Shown here one piece after another: positions 55,772 through 64,000 of a stretch of DNA of 64,000 nt. The position numbers and the translations under genes are program-made. The stretch lies in the IMG/VR virus record IMGVR_UViG_3300035182_001709. One strand, 5' to 3'. This stretch comes from a virus (lineage: Duplodnaviria > Heunggongvirae > Uroviricota > Caudoviricetes). Each line of letters opens with the position of its first letter. The first letter of the stretch is position 1. The notes below the pieces were generated by a model that saw only the letters and a program-made list of their open reading frames with translations, did no database searches and was not told the origin of the DNA.

Positions 55772-57925
55772 TTCTACCGGTCTCCTCCCGTGGTCGAGGC
55801 CATGGTAGCCGCGGCCGTGACAGGATGCCCGGGGTCTAAATTGCAAACCTTCAACAACATCGCAGAGTTGGCGGCATTCGACGTTGCAGCGGCCGCGGCG
55901 ACCGGCTGCGCCTCCCGCGGCATGATCGCTTACGTCAAGTCAGTCGGCGATTACTTCTCGCTGCTGCCTTTTTCATCGTTCCTTGATCCAACAACGCAGC
56001 CCACTATGTTTCCGTATTCAGGTACGCACACCGACGCGGTGCCTGCCAACGGGACCATCGCACCGTATCCCTTGATGTACTGGCTACGATTGAGGTTGAG
56101 CCGCGAATGGTCTGCACAGCAGACTTGGTGGGTCAATGCCGACTACGGCTACGATGAGAACGACGGCAAGACGCCCGAGACAGCGCTGCGTACCATCGAC
56201 GAATTGACGCTACGCTTGCTTAGCCGCCCAGATGGCCTTGAAGGCGACTACGTTGTCAACGTCACGTCACAGGTCACATCGTCGGTTCAGGCAAAACTTG
56301 GCGTCAACGTCAAGTTTGCGTCCGGCAGCATCAAGTTCGAAGGCTACCGCACCTACGGTGGTGGAGGGCCCGGTTACGGAATCACTGCGCTCGATCCGTG
56401 GCAGTACGGACGCCACGTGTACATCTCACAGATCGGCTATGCCGACTACGGAGCCACCGGAAGCATTGCGTACGGTTACCAGGCACGTGGTGATGGAGGA
56501 TCGATCTTGATGATTCCGATGATCTCGTCGTCGTACGATGCCTACAACATCGAACCTCCATTCAAAAAGCCGCAGTGCATCTTTGTGGAACCCAAATTTG
56601 AGGGTTCGCAGCCAATGTTCTTCGGTTGGTTCATGGAAGAGGTCTACGATAACACGTATGCCAGCGCCACGTCGTTCAAGTACATGATCACGCCTTTTCC
56701 GCGGGAAGGTGACACCAACTCACAGTATGCCCGAGCTGGTCTACACATGTGGCCCGATGCGCAGCCGGGCGCGGGTGGACCCTATGCTGGCCCATACGCA
56801 CCCATGTGGCCAACTGACTGGGGCACTGGCACTCAACTTAAGGTTTACAACGTTGACTTCGCAAAGATCAACACGAGTGAGGTCTCTGTCGAAGGCGCTG
56901 GCACCTGCGTCTTCCACTCGCTTGATGTGGGAATAGCTGGAGAACTCGAGTTCTTCAACAATAAGATCGCACCAGACATGACTGTGACGGGTGACGAGGC
57001 CTCAAGGCTGATCTTCACTAAGTGTAATGTTTTCAATACCCTGGGCAAGCTTATCATCCAAGGTGGACCCATCACGTTCAACGCATCGTTGTTGACGGCT
57101 GTGCCATACACCGAAAATTACCCAGAAGGCTTTGGAGCCAACCCTGGTCCACCCATGGGCAAAGGCTGGTTCTATTGCAGTGACAAGTCGCCCATCGTCA
57201 TCTTCCAAGACGCAAGGGTCGGATTCAGCCTCTCTGGCATCACGGGCACTGATCAGGGTCAATTCATGCCAAAACTGGAAGGCATTCCTCTGCCCAACAA
57301 CGTCTACATGAAGGACTCACTGTTGGAGGTCGACGATAGCTCGCTGTTCAACGTCAACTTCTCGATGGAACGTTCTAAACTCAGCCTGGGTGCCAAGGCT
57401 GACGCCGGCATGCCGCGGCCCTCAGCTTGGCACAAGACAGATACCTCAGGTCATCCAGACGATGCTGGTTGTCCTGCCGCTGTGACTGGGTGTGTCTTCT
57501 CAATGGACGGTGATTCCATAGTCGACGTGGGATCATTGATCGATGGCGACACAGTCATGGATGGTGCCAACAATGGTATTTACACGTTGAACCCGTGGTT
57601 TACGAGAATTGATCGTTTGGGATATCCCAAGTCAGTCTTTGAACTTCGTAACCAAAATTCGACCATCTACACGCCGTACTCGACACCAAGTTACTCTCCT
57701 GCACCGCCCCCTACCGGCAGCATCATCTTGGATTACATCACCGAAGGGTCTATGCCGCAAGAGCGCCAGTGGTATGACACGCCCATCGTCGACACACTGA
57801 CTGGCACTAGAATCGTGCCAGGCATCTTGCCGTGGACGGTGTTGACGGGCTCGGGTGCTTGGGCTGCGTCTCCCAATGGCAAAGGTCCAATGCCAATGCC
57901 GAAGCAGATACCCGGACCTTGGTGA
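55772..57925 (+). CDS. Tail fibre/tailspike-like structural protein (start uncertain, 55730-55772)
   Basis: ~720-aa ORF rich in G/T/S/N, typical of beta-helical fibre proteins. Confidence 0.4.
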   Translation, partial: FYRSPPVVEAMVAAAVTGCPGSKLQTFNNIAELAAFDVAAAAATGCASRGMIAYVKSVGDYFSLLPFSSFLDPTTQPTMFPYSGTHTDAVPANGTIAPYPLMYWLRLRLSREWSAQQTWWVNADYGYDENDGKTPETALRTIDELTLRLLSRPDGLEGDYVVNVTSQVTSSVQAKLGVNVKFASGSIKFEGYRTYGGGGPGYGITALDPWQYGRHVYISQIGYADYGATGSIAYGYQARGDGGSILMIPMISSSYDAYNIEPPFKKPQCIFVEPKFEGSQPMFFGWFMEEVYDNTYASATSFKYMITPFPREGDTNSQYARAGLHMWPDAQPGAGGPYAGPYAPMWPTDWGTGTQLKVYNVDFAKINTSEVSVEGAGTCVFHSLDVGIAGELEFFNNKIAPDMTVTGDEASRLIFTKCNVFNTLGKLIIQGGPITFNASLLTAVPYTENYPEGFGANPGPPMGKGWFYCSDKSPIVIFQDARVGFSLSGITGTDQGQFMPKLEGIPLPNNVYMKDSLLEVDDSSLFNVNFSMERSKLSLGAKADAGMPRPSAWHKTDTSGHPDDAGCPAAVTGCVFSMDGDSIVDVGSLIDGDTVMDGANNGIYTLNPWFTRIDRLGYPKSVFELRNQNSTIYTPYSTPSYSPAPPPTGSIILDYITEGSMPQERQWYDTPIVDTLTGTRIVPGILPWTVLTGSGAWAASPNGKGPMPMPKQIPGPW

Positions 57926-57972
57926 ATTTTGAGCGCAAAGTCAAGACAGATCCTGTGAGAGAAAACTAGACA

Positions 57973-60762
57973 ATGAAAACGTACGCACGTCCAACACAAC
58001 GCCCCGGTTGGTTCTACCGTCTGACGACACTGTCGGGAAGCGTGGGTTACCTGGGACCGCTCAGCGTCTACAAAGGACCGGGTGACATCGGCGCGCATAA
58101 CCCACCTTACAGCACTCAACGACCCACGGTTGGTTGGGACGTGGCACTATGGGTCGATGGTGGCAATGACGTTGACGAAGTGAATCAAGTCGGCAGAAAC
58201 ACGCAGGTGTTTGCGGGCGACGTGGTCATCTCAGGCAGCCTCAGCATCCTTAACTCTAACTGCAATGAATGGTCAAGTAACAACGCTGGTCCCGCGGGAG
58301 GTCTGCGCTTCAACACCAAGTTGGCCAAGTACGCAGCGGGCGAAATTTCTCCAGGTTGGCGCACGAACGATCTGCAGTATTTCCTTGACGATAAGATCAA
58401 TCAAGACGCGTATGGCAAATTGCCAAGCGCCGCCACAGCGCTGATCAACCTGATCGATGCCAGCGGCGCGCAGCAGCTTAGCATCGATCCAGATGGCAAC
58501 AGCCCTGCGTTCATTGCGCTGCCGAGCCTCAGCGACACTGGGCAGCTTTCAAAGACTGACAATTTGCCCATAACGAGTTGGTCTTCTGGGTCGATGTTGC
58601 GCTACAAGAAAATCGATCCGAGTCCCAACTCAGTGCACATCTATACGCCATTGCCTCTAAAGGATGCTCAACGAGGCACGCAGATCGATGTCATCTCAGG
58701 CTCGGGCTACGTGTCTGATAATGATCCAGATACACTCGAGAACGAGTATCCTTCTTCGTACGTCCTCAAGGCACAAGGTGACGAGGTCACGTTCGTTGCT
58801 TGGGGCGGTGCCTGGCACGTGATCGGTGGAGGCAACGAGATCAGCAGCACGAGATACGCCCCGGGTGATTCAGGAGCTGGCAAGAAGGCGACGTTGTTCT
58901 CACGAGGCGGCGTATCTGGTGGCCGCTACGCAGATGATTCATTCGACTATCGGCACAGCAATCGCTCGTACATCAGCGGATCAATGACGATCGGTTATTG
59001 GGATGGCACGGACCAGGACCACCCGACACTCACCGACACCGCCAACTACGAAAAGGCTTTTTCTTGCGCAGCCTTGTTGGATGAGGAGCTCTTCTTCACT
59101 GCAGGAACGGGTGAAGGTGAAGGTGAAGGCGAACTATTGTCGTTCAATCAGTTCACGGGTCGCTTCACCGATTGGCTCACGTTGGCAGGCACGAAGAATG
59201 ATGGACCAGGGCCGTCGTCAATCAGTGCAAGAAATGCGTCAGACATCCTGGCACTCAAGAATTGGTTCAATGGCCAGCAGCTAGCGGTCGTCCATGCCAA
59301 CGCATTCTTCTTGTTGAGCCTGGGCAGCGACAGTATCTGGCCAGTTCCTTCATACAACTACACGTACAAGTACTCGGTAGTCGCCGGTACGTTCCAAGAC
59401 GCACGTTTGTGCTACTCGCCTATCGGTCAGAGTTCAAAGGACAAGATGGGGCAGATCTTCCTGTTTGCGCCCGTTCTAAAGTCGATCTTGGGCTTTGATG
59501 GCAACAAGAACTCCCCTGGAACAGTGCTGCTGGACTTCACGGGTCGCCAATTTGACACGCCGTTGTGCGGTTGCGTCGACAACGAAGGCTACCTGTGGGT
59601 CGCCGTCGCGCAGAGACACATTGAAAACGCAACGACATGCAGGCTAGAGAAGTACAGGATCAGCAGTTGGACCAATGAGCTGGTCCCAAGCCCAGTCGTC
59701 ACCATTAAATTTCCCAATATCATAGATTTGGTCTTCGACGGCAAGCACGTCTGGGTCCTGGATGCCCTGTCAGCTCCCAAAATCGAAGGACCCTCAGCGC
59801 CCCAGGGAACTGTGTGGAAGGTTGATCCTCGAGCTGGCTGCATTGTCGGCAAGGTCACATCGACGCCCGCGGGGGGCAGCTTCATTGATTTTAAGAATGC
59901 TGGTTACAATAACGTTTCAGGGGCCAGGCAGTACCTACGTCTCGCGTTCGATGGTCAATACCTTTGGGTCAACTCGGCGGTCAACCCCTTGTACAGCGAA
60001 AATTGGTACCAGGGCAACACATACATGATCGATCCTGACAGCTGCACGATCGTCAGTCAACCCGGGCTTGGTACCACGACGGGCGCAATCGTCCCAGTGT
60101 CGCCCGGGACTGCAATCGTCAGCCACGGTCAATCAGGGACATTTGCCACGATTGACCTCGAGGTGACGTCACCCGAACCGTCCCTGTCGATCTCGGGCAT
60201 CTCGTGGATGGACCAACCGCTGCCAGTTCGATTTGGCGGCGGCACTTCCAACGAGTATGTCCTCAACTTGACGGCAGGTTACAGCGAGATCAATGGCGTA
60301 AATGCTTTGACGTATCTTCCTATCGGCGCGTGCCGCCTGTGGCACCCAATCAGGGCAGCCTGGCACTCCAAGAGGTATTCATTTCCGGGCGGTGGTGCGA
60401 CGCGGACCGTGTATGCCGACAGAGGCAGGTCTGACAAGATTCGTGCTTATCTCCGAGGCTGCATGTGGGCCGACAACAACGTCGGCGGGGGCGGTCCCGG
60501 CAACGTAGCGGTGAAACTGATTGACACCAATGGTGCTGTCGGTTCACCGGGCGCCACTATCTATCGATCAAGCGTCGTCGACACCACGATTACCGCGCCT
60601 GGGTTCTTTGAGGTCGAGCTGCCGTCAGTGACGGCGTGGCTGGCGGATCAGGGTCCCAGCGTTGAGTTCCTTGATGTTCTGGCGGGTGCCTGGAACCCTG
60701 CGGCACCCGCCGCCGGCGCGGGTTTTGTCCTCAAGCTTGAACTGGTGCTACGATGGCTGTGA
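57973..60762 (+). CDS. Large structural (fibre-like) protein, 929 aa, with GEGEGEGE repeat
   Basis: Uninterrupted ORF; TGEGEGEGEL low-complexity linker. Confidence 0.4.
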   Translation: MKTYARPTQRPGWFYRLTTLSGSVGYLGPLSVYKGPGDIGAHNPPYSTQRPTVGWDVALWVDGGNDVDEVNQVGRNTQVFAGDVVISGSLSILNSNCNEWSSNNAGPAGGLRFNTKLAKYAAGEISPGWRTNDLQYFLDDKINQDAYGKLPSAATALINLIDASGAQQLSIDPDGNSPAFIALPSLSDTGQLSKTDNLPITSWSSGSMLRYKKIDPSPNSVHIYTPLPLKDAQRGTQIDVISGSGYVSDNDPDTLENEYPSSYVLKAQGDEVTFVAWGGAWHVIGGGNEISSTRYAPGDSGAGKKATLFSRGGVSGGRYADDSFDYRHSNRSYISGSMTIGYWDGTDQDHPTLTDTANYEKAFSCAALLDEELFFTAGTGEGEGEGELLSFNQFTGRFTDWLTLAGTKNDGPGPSSISARNASDILALKNWFNGQQLAVVHANAFFLLSLGSDSIWPVPSYNYTYKYSVVAGTFQDARLCYSPIGQSSKDKMGQIFLFAPVLKSILGFDGNKNSPGTVLLDFTGRQFDTPLCGCVDNEGYLWVAVAQRHIENATTCRLEKYRISSWTNELVPSPVVTIKFPNIIDLVFDGKHVWVLDALSAPKIEGPSAPQGTVWKVDPRAGCIVGKVTSTPAGGSFIDFKNAGYNNVSGARQYLRLAFDGQYLWVNSAVNPLYSENWYQGNTYMIDPDSCTIVSQPGLGTTTGAIVPVSPGTAIVSHGQSGTFATIDLEVTSPEPSLSISGISWMDQPLPVRFGGGTSNEYVLNLTAGYSEINGVNALTYLPIGACRLWHPIRAAWHSKRYSFPGGGATRTVYADRGRSDKIRAYLRGCMWADNNVGGGGPGNVAVKLIDTNGAVGSPGATIYRSSVVDTTITAPGFFEVELPSVTAWLADQGPSVEFLDVLAGAWNPAAPAAGAGFVLKLELVLRWL

Positions 60763-61034
60763 AATCTACCACACAAATCATCTCAAGGGCTCGACTACAG
60801 GCGGCACTCGACGCAGCATCTCGTGATCACGAGCAGGTTTGGATCAGGCCTCTCGTCGATCGTTGGTCGAACGTCGGTGGAGCCTTCAGGGTGATGTTGA
60901 CGGGGTCCCTGTCGGGAACGTTGTCGTCAATTTTGACGCCCGACGTCATCCTGACTTCCGACTTCACAGGCTCGCTGACGCTAGCGCCCTCGGGATCCGC
61001 GTCCCCACCTCCCACGCCCGTCGACTGTGTCTGA
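60753..61034 (+). CDS. Small protein overlapping the fibre-gene end (possible fibre assembly factor)
   Basis: 93-aa ORF. Confidence 0.25.
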   Translation: MAVKSTTQIISRARLQAALDAASRDHEQVWIRPLVDRWSNVGGAFRVMLTGSLSGTLSSILTPDVILTSDFTGSLTLAPSGSASPPPTPVDCV

Positions 61035-61232
61035 TCAGTTGGCGCTGCTGTAGCGATACCAGACCTTGTCCTCGTCGTGGTCGTATACGCGGCTCAGGCC
61101 GAATTCACCCCAGTCAAGGGTGATAACCCAACGTGCCTCGCAGTCCACGTAGTTGACGTCAATCACGCGAGGGATGATGTCCCGTCTCCCGTAAACCACG
61201 ACCAATGCACCCTTCTCGATCGGCTGCTTCAT
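61035..61232 (-). CDS. Hypothetical small protein
   Basis: 65-aa ORF. Confidence 0.25.
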   Translation of the reverse strand: MKQPIEKGALVVVYGRRDIIPRVIDVNYVDCEARWVITLDWGEFGLSRVYDHDEDKVWYRYSSAN

Positions 61233-61293
61233 CCCTTAATGGTACTCTGAGGGTCCAAATGTGTTACACCCGTGACACACAGAATATTCGCGC

Positions 61294-61542
61294 TTATTGA
61301 GATGAGGTATCCGTCACCACCTGGACTAGAAATGCACCAAGGGCCCAACCGCCACCGCGGGGGCCCAAGACATAGACGCAGCGACCATCGTGGCGGTCGA
61401 GCGAAATGACGAGTGCGACATCCTTGGGTTCAAGGATGTTGATGACGTGACTCATGGTCGCGGGTCCCGCGGGAGACGCTGTCAATTCCACCGCCCCGGC
61501 GATGGACGCGGCCTTGACCAGGTCGCCTGCTCTAAGCCTCAT
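61294..61542 (-). CDS. Hypothetical small protein
   Basis: 82-aa ORF. Confidence 0.25.
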   Translation of the reverse strand: MRLRAGDLVKAASIAGAVELTASPAGPATMSHVINILEPKDVALVISLDRHDGRCVYVLGPRGGGWALGAFLVQVVTDTSSQ

Positions 61543-61558
61543 AAGAGCAAGTAGGACC

Positions 61559-61762
61559 TCACTCCTTCTTGTTGGCGAACAGTTCCTTGGTGGCTTCGAT
61601 TCCCTCGTTGATGATGCGGACCAACGTCCACATCACCGCCACCAGAATCGCCATCAACGTGGCATTCTGGTGCTTAAGAAAGGCGCCAACGAGGCAAAAG
61701 GCCACGAGCAGCGCCCACAGGATCGCCATCACGTTGGCGAACTTGCTTCGATTTTCCATTTC
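61559..61762 (-). CDS. Small membrane protein (2 TM)
   Basis: MENRSKFANVMAILWALLVAFCLVGAFL...MAILVAVMWTLV. Confidence 0.35.
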   Translation of the reverse strand, partial: EMENRSKFANVMAILWALLVAFCLVGAFLKHQNATLMAILVAVMWTLVRIINEGIEATKELFANKKE

Positions 61763-61991
61763 ACTCGACCTTCGCCGACGCGCCCTTGACAAGGCTGCCA
61801 AGCACGGTGAGACCGAACGCCAACCAGAACGCCCGGAAGACGTCGGTGAGCGGGTGGAGCCCGGTGACGGGCACAAGATCCCAGTTCCAGCCCGCATAGA
61901 GGAAGACGCTGCTGATCAGCGCCATGAGGGCGCAGAGCAACAGGGTGACGAGGACGAGAAGGCCCGCAACGGTGACGCGCTGCAGCATGAT
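61761..61991 (-). CDS. Small membrane protein (2 TM)
   Basis: MLQRVTVAGLLVLVTLLLCALMALISSVFLYAGW... Confidence 0.35.
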   Translation of the reverse strand: MMLQRVTVAGLLVLVTLLLCALMALISSVFLYAGWNWDLVPVTGLHPLTDVFRAFWLAFGLTVLGSLVKGASAKVE

Positions 61992-62005
61992 ATGATTCCT
62001 TTCTT

Positions 62006-62230
62006 TCAGTTGGTGTCGAACAACGCGAGGACCTCTGCGAGTAGCACGCCCGACAGTAGGAACAGGCCAAAGGCATGCAGGGTGATGAGAGAGTTGACGA
62101 TTGTGGCCACGATGGCCCATCCCACGCCACCGGCCGCGATGCCGAACAGCGGCGCGGCGACGAGGAACTTCATTCCCTTCGGGAAGAGCAGGCCGAGACC
62201 CATCATCGTCAAGATGAACAGAATGTGCAT
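62006..62230 (-). CDS. Small membrane protein (2-3 TM; holin-like size)
   Basis: MHILFILTMMGLGLLFP...LFGIAAGGVGWAIVATIVNSLITLHAFGLFLLSGVLLAEVLALF. Confidence 0.35.
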   Translation of the reverse strand: MHILFILTMMGLGLLFPKGMKFLVAAPLFGIAAGGVGWAIVATIVNSLITLHAFGLFLLSGVLLAEVLALFDTN

Positions 62231-62237
62231 GGTACCC

Positions 62238-63695
62238 TCAGCGCCAGGCGCCGGTCATGGGCTTCGTGTCGTCCAGGTAAACCTGAAGCTCATCGCTGTT
62301 GAAGAGCAACTTGTGACCCTTGCTCAGGACCCAACCACGCTTCACCCGCGAGCCACGAGGAGCGCTGCACTCGCCATCGGTCATGATGAGGTAGCCGTCC
62401 CAACGACCACGGTTCTTGACGTCGTTGACGATGTCAGATGGGGCGTTGAAGTCGGTGCCACCCATTCGAGTGCGCTTGATCTTCGGGTTGGTTCCCTTCT
62501 TCCATTCGAAGATCTCGCGGACGTCGGCGCCGCAGTCGAACGGGAGAATGTCGACACCCACGCGCTTGGTCAGCGTGGCCAGCTCATCGAAGAACATCGA
62601 CATCTGGCCGTCGTCGACGGACCCTGATTGGTCGATGGCAACGAGGATGCGAGCCGTGTAGCCTCGCTTGACGCCCGGGTGAATGTATGGGTAGCGACGG
62701 TTGATGCGCTTGATCGAGGTAGTGCGTTCACCACGCATCAGCGAGCCAACGAACTGGCGAAGGACCGCGCGCCAGTCGACGATGGTGCTGATGCTGCGAC
62801 GGATCTCAGCCTGGATGTGTACCGGAATGCTGCCCCAACCGTTGGGCTTCCCGTCGGCGTTGGCGACGGCCTTTTCGACCATCGCCTTGATCTTGCCTTC
62901 GACGTAGTCGACCTGATCGTCCGGGACATCGTCCCAACCATCATGGTCATCAAGCGTGCCCAGGACGCTGTCGATATCGAAGCCGCTGCCATCGGCATCG
63001 CAGGAGCCGCCCGACTGCTTCTGCTTCTTCTGTGCGATTTCGTTGAGCTTGTTGAAGTAGAACTCAGTCGCCTGGTCCTTCGGGAACTTCTCGATGATGT
63101 CCGAGAACTCCTCGATGGCCTTCTTGCGTTCCGGAGTCAGCGCCGCGAACTGCTTCGGGTCGACCCAGGGTCGCTGCCCGGGGATCAGCGCGCTCTTCGG
63201 CAGTGGACGCGCGTCGAGGCGGTCGTCCTCCTGTCGCATGCCGGCCGAGGAGACGATCAGCGAGTTGATTGCAAGGTCGCCTGCGATATTGTGTCGGACG
63301 GCGAGTTCCCGCTTCGCTGGGCGCCGGTGCGTTAGGTGGCCGAACGTCAGGTGGTCGAACTCGTGGCGAACCACACCGCGAACCTCCCAGTTGGAGAGCG
63401 GCGTGCACTCGATTTCCTCGCCCGTCTTCTTGTCGGTGTACTTGCCGCCCGCGAAGAAGACCGGGTTGTAGTACATGACGAACTCATCGTTTACCACGTC
63501 GAAGGTGACCGCAGCCGTCGGTATGTCGAGCGTCGCCACCTTACGCAGGTGACGCGAGATCTCGGCATAGTAGGCGTTCTCCTGGAGGAAGACCAGCAGG
63601 TGGCGTTCGATGTTGAACGTTGGGTCGTTCGGACCGCAGGGGTTCCAGTGGGAGTGCATGATATTACTGTACCCCATCGAAGGTGTGTTTTGCAT
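62238..63695 (-). CDS. Metallopeptidase-like (HExxH) domain + von Willebrand factor A domain protein (DUF2201-type)
   Basis: HEFDHLTFGHL zinc-binding motif; C-terminal MIDAS VAIDQSGSV (DxSxS). Confidence 0.5.
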   Translation of the reverse strand: MQNTPSMGYSNIMHSHWNPCGPNDPTFNIERHLLVFLQENAYYAEISRHLRKVATLDIPTAAVTFDVVNDEFVMYYNPVFFAGGKYTDKKTGEEIECTPLSNWEVRGVVRHEFDHLTFGHLTHRRPAKRELAVRHNIAGDLAINSLIVSSAGMRQEDDRLDARPLPKSALIPGQRPWVDPKQFAALTPERKKAIEEFSDIIEKFPKDQATEFYFNKLNEIAQKKQKQSGGSCDADGSGFDIDSVLGTLDDHDGWDDVPDDQVDYVEGKIKAMVEKAVANADGKPNGWGSIPVHIQAEIRRSISTIVDWRAVLRQFVGSLMRGERTTSIKRINRRYPYIHPGVKRGYTARILVAIDQSGSVDDGQMSMFFDELATLTKRVGVDILPFDCGADVREIFEWKKGTNPKIKRTRMGGTDFNAPSDIVNDVKNRGRWDGYLIMTDGECSAPRGSRVKRGWVLSKGHKLLFNSDELQVYLDDTKPMTGAWR

Positions 63696-64000
63696 AGCCC
63701 GCGCGATCGCGGAGCTCGCGCACGCAGGTTCCCCTGCGATGATAGGAACGCCCGCGCCAAGCGCGGCGCTCGGGATTGAATCGAGTGCGCTTCATGAAGT
63801 CATCCTACCCGGTCAGGTCCGGCCTTTGCACCGCTCTGGGTGCCCTCACGTGACCCACCGTGCCGTTTTCACAAGCCGGACGGGGTTTCCCATTGCTGAC
63901 CACACGAGAAGACACGGTGGGATTACACTGTCATTGAAATCCGTGAGATTCTACTGTGCAAATCTCACTTTTCCCTAGCGATCGCCACGCCACCCATGGT

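Noticed and set aside
1-64000. CRISPR arrays or long direct-repeat arrays
   Set aside because: No regularly spaced direct repeats were seen. The only repetition is the tRNA gene family and the tRNA-Ser/zinc-ribbon duplication.

Overview
This window reads as a T4-like (Tevenvirinae-type) myovirus segment with unusually high GC (~55%). It has five parts.

- 0.2-11.9 kb: a cell-surface or virion glycan biosynthesis island. It contains about ten glycosyltransferases (GT2 and GT4), a PseB-like UDP-GlcNAc 4,6-dehydratase, a DegT/PseC aminotransferase, a hexapeptide N-acetyltransferase and a UDP-sugar dehydrogenase. A degraded GIY-YIG/NUMOD homing endonuclease sits between two of the GT genes.
- 12-15 kb: an NAD+ salvage pair (NadM-Nudix NMN adenylyltransferase and NAMPT) followed by a CX5R dual-specificity phosphatase.
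- 15.2-17.1 kb: a translation module. It holds a PTH2-like peptidyl-tRNA hydrolase, a Trbp111/CsaA-type tRNA-binding protein, and an HD (RelA/SpoT/MESH1-like) hydrolase whose reading frame contains an in-frame TAG. Two plus-strand tRNAs follow immediately; the first carries an unambiguous CUA (amber suppressor) anticodon.
- 17.4-39.3 kb: a Cas4-like nuclease, further glycosyltransferases, a gp55-like late sigma factor and a T4-type baseplate/fibre module (gp5-, gp25-, gp6-, gp7- and gp8-like proteins plus LamG-domain giants).
- 39.6-54.2 kb: a second translation/RNA-repair region on the minus strand. It contains an Rnl1-like RNA ligase with a HAD phosphatase, a second small RNA ligase-like nucleotidyltransferase, roughly 30 tRNA or tRNA-like genes (several with non-canonical architectures), a second PTH2, a NADAR protein, and an RF1-like release factor. 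The release factor gene lacks domain 1 and carries a prfB-style programmed +1 frameshift site (AGGGG-U-CUU-UGA).

The most interesting signal is the combination of a phage-encoded amber suppressor tRNA with in-frame TAG codons inside two conserved enzyme genes, sitting in the same genome as a frameshift-regulated release factor. This looks like a stop-codon reprogramming system.

CDS coordinates follow the supplied ORF track. tRNA coordinates were hand-derived and are approximate (about +/-5 nt).
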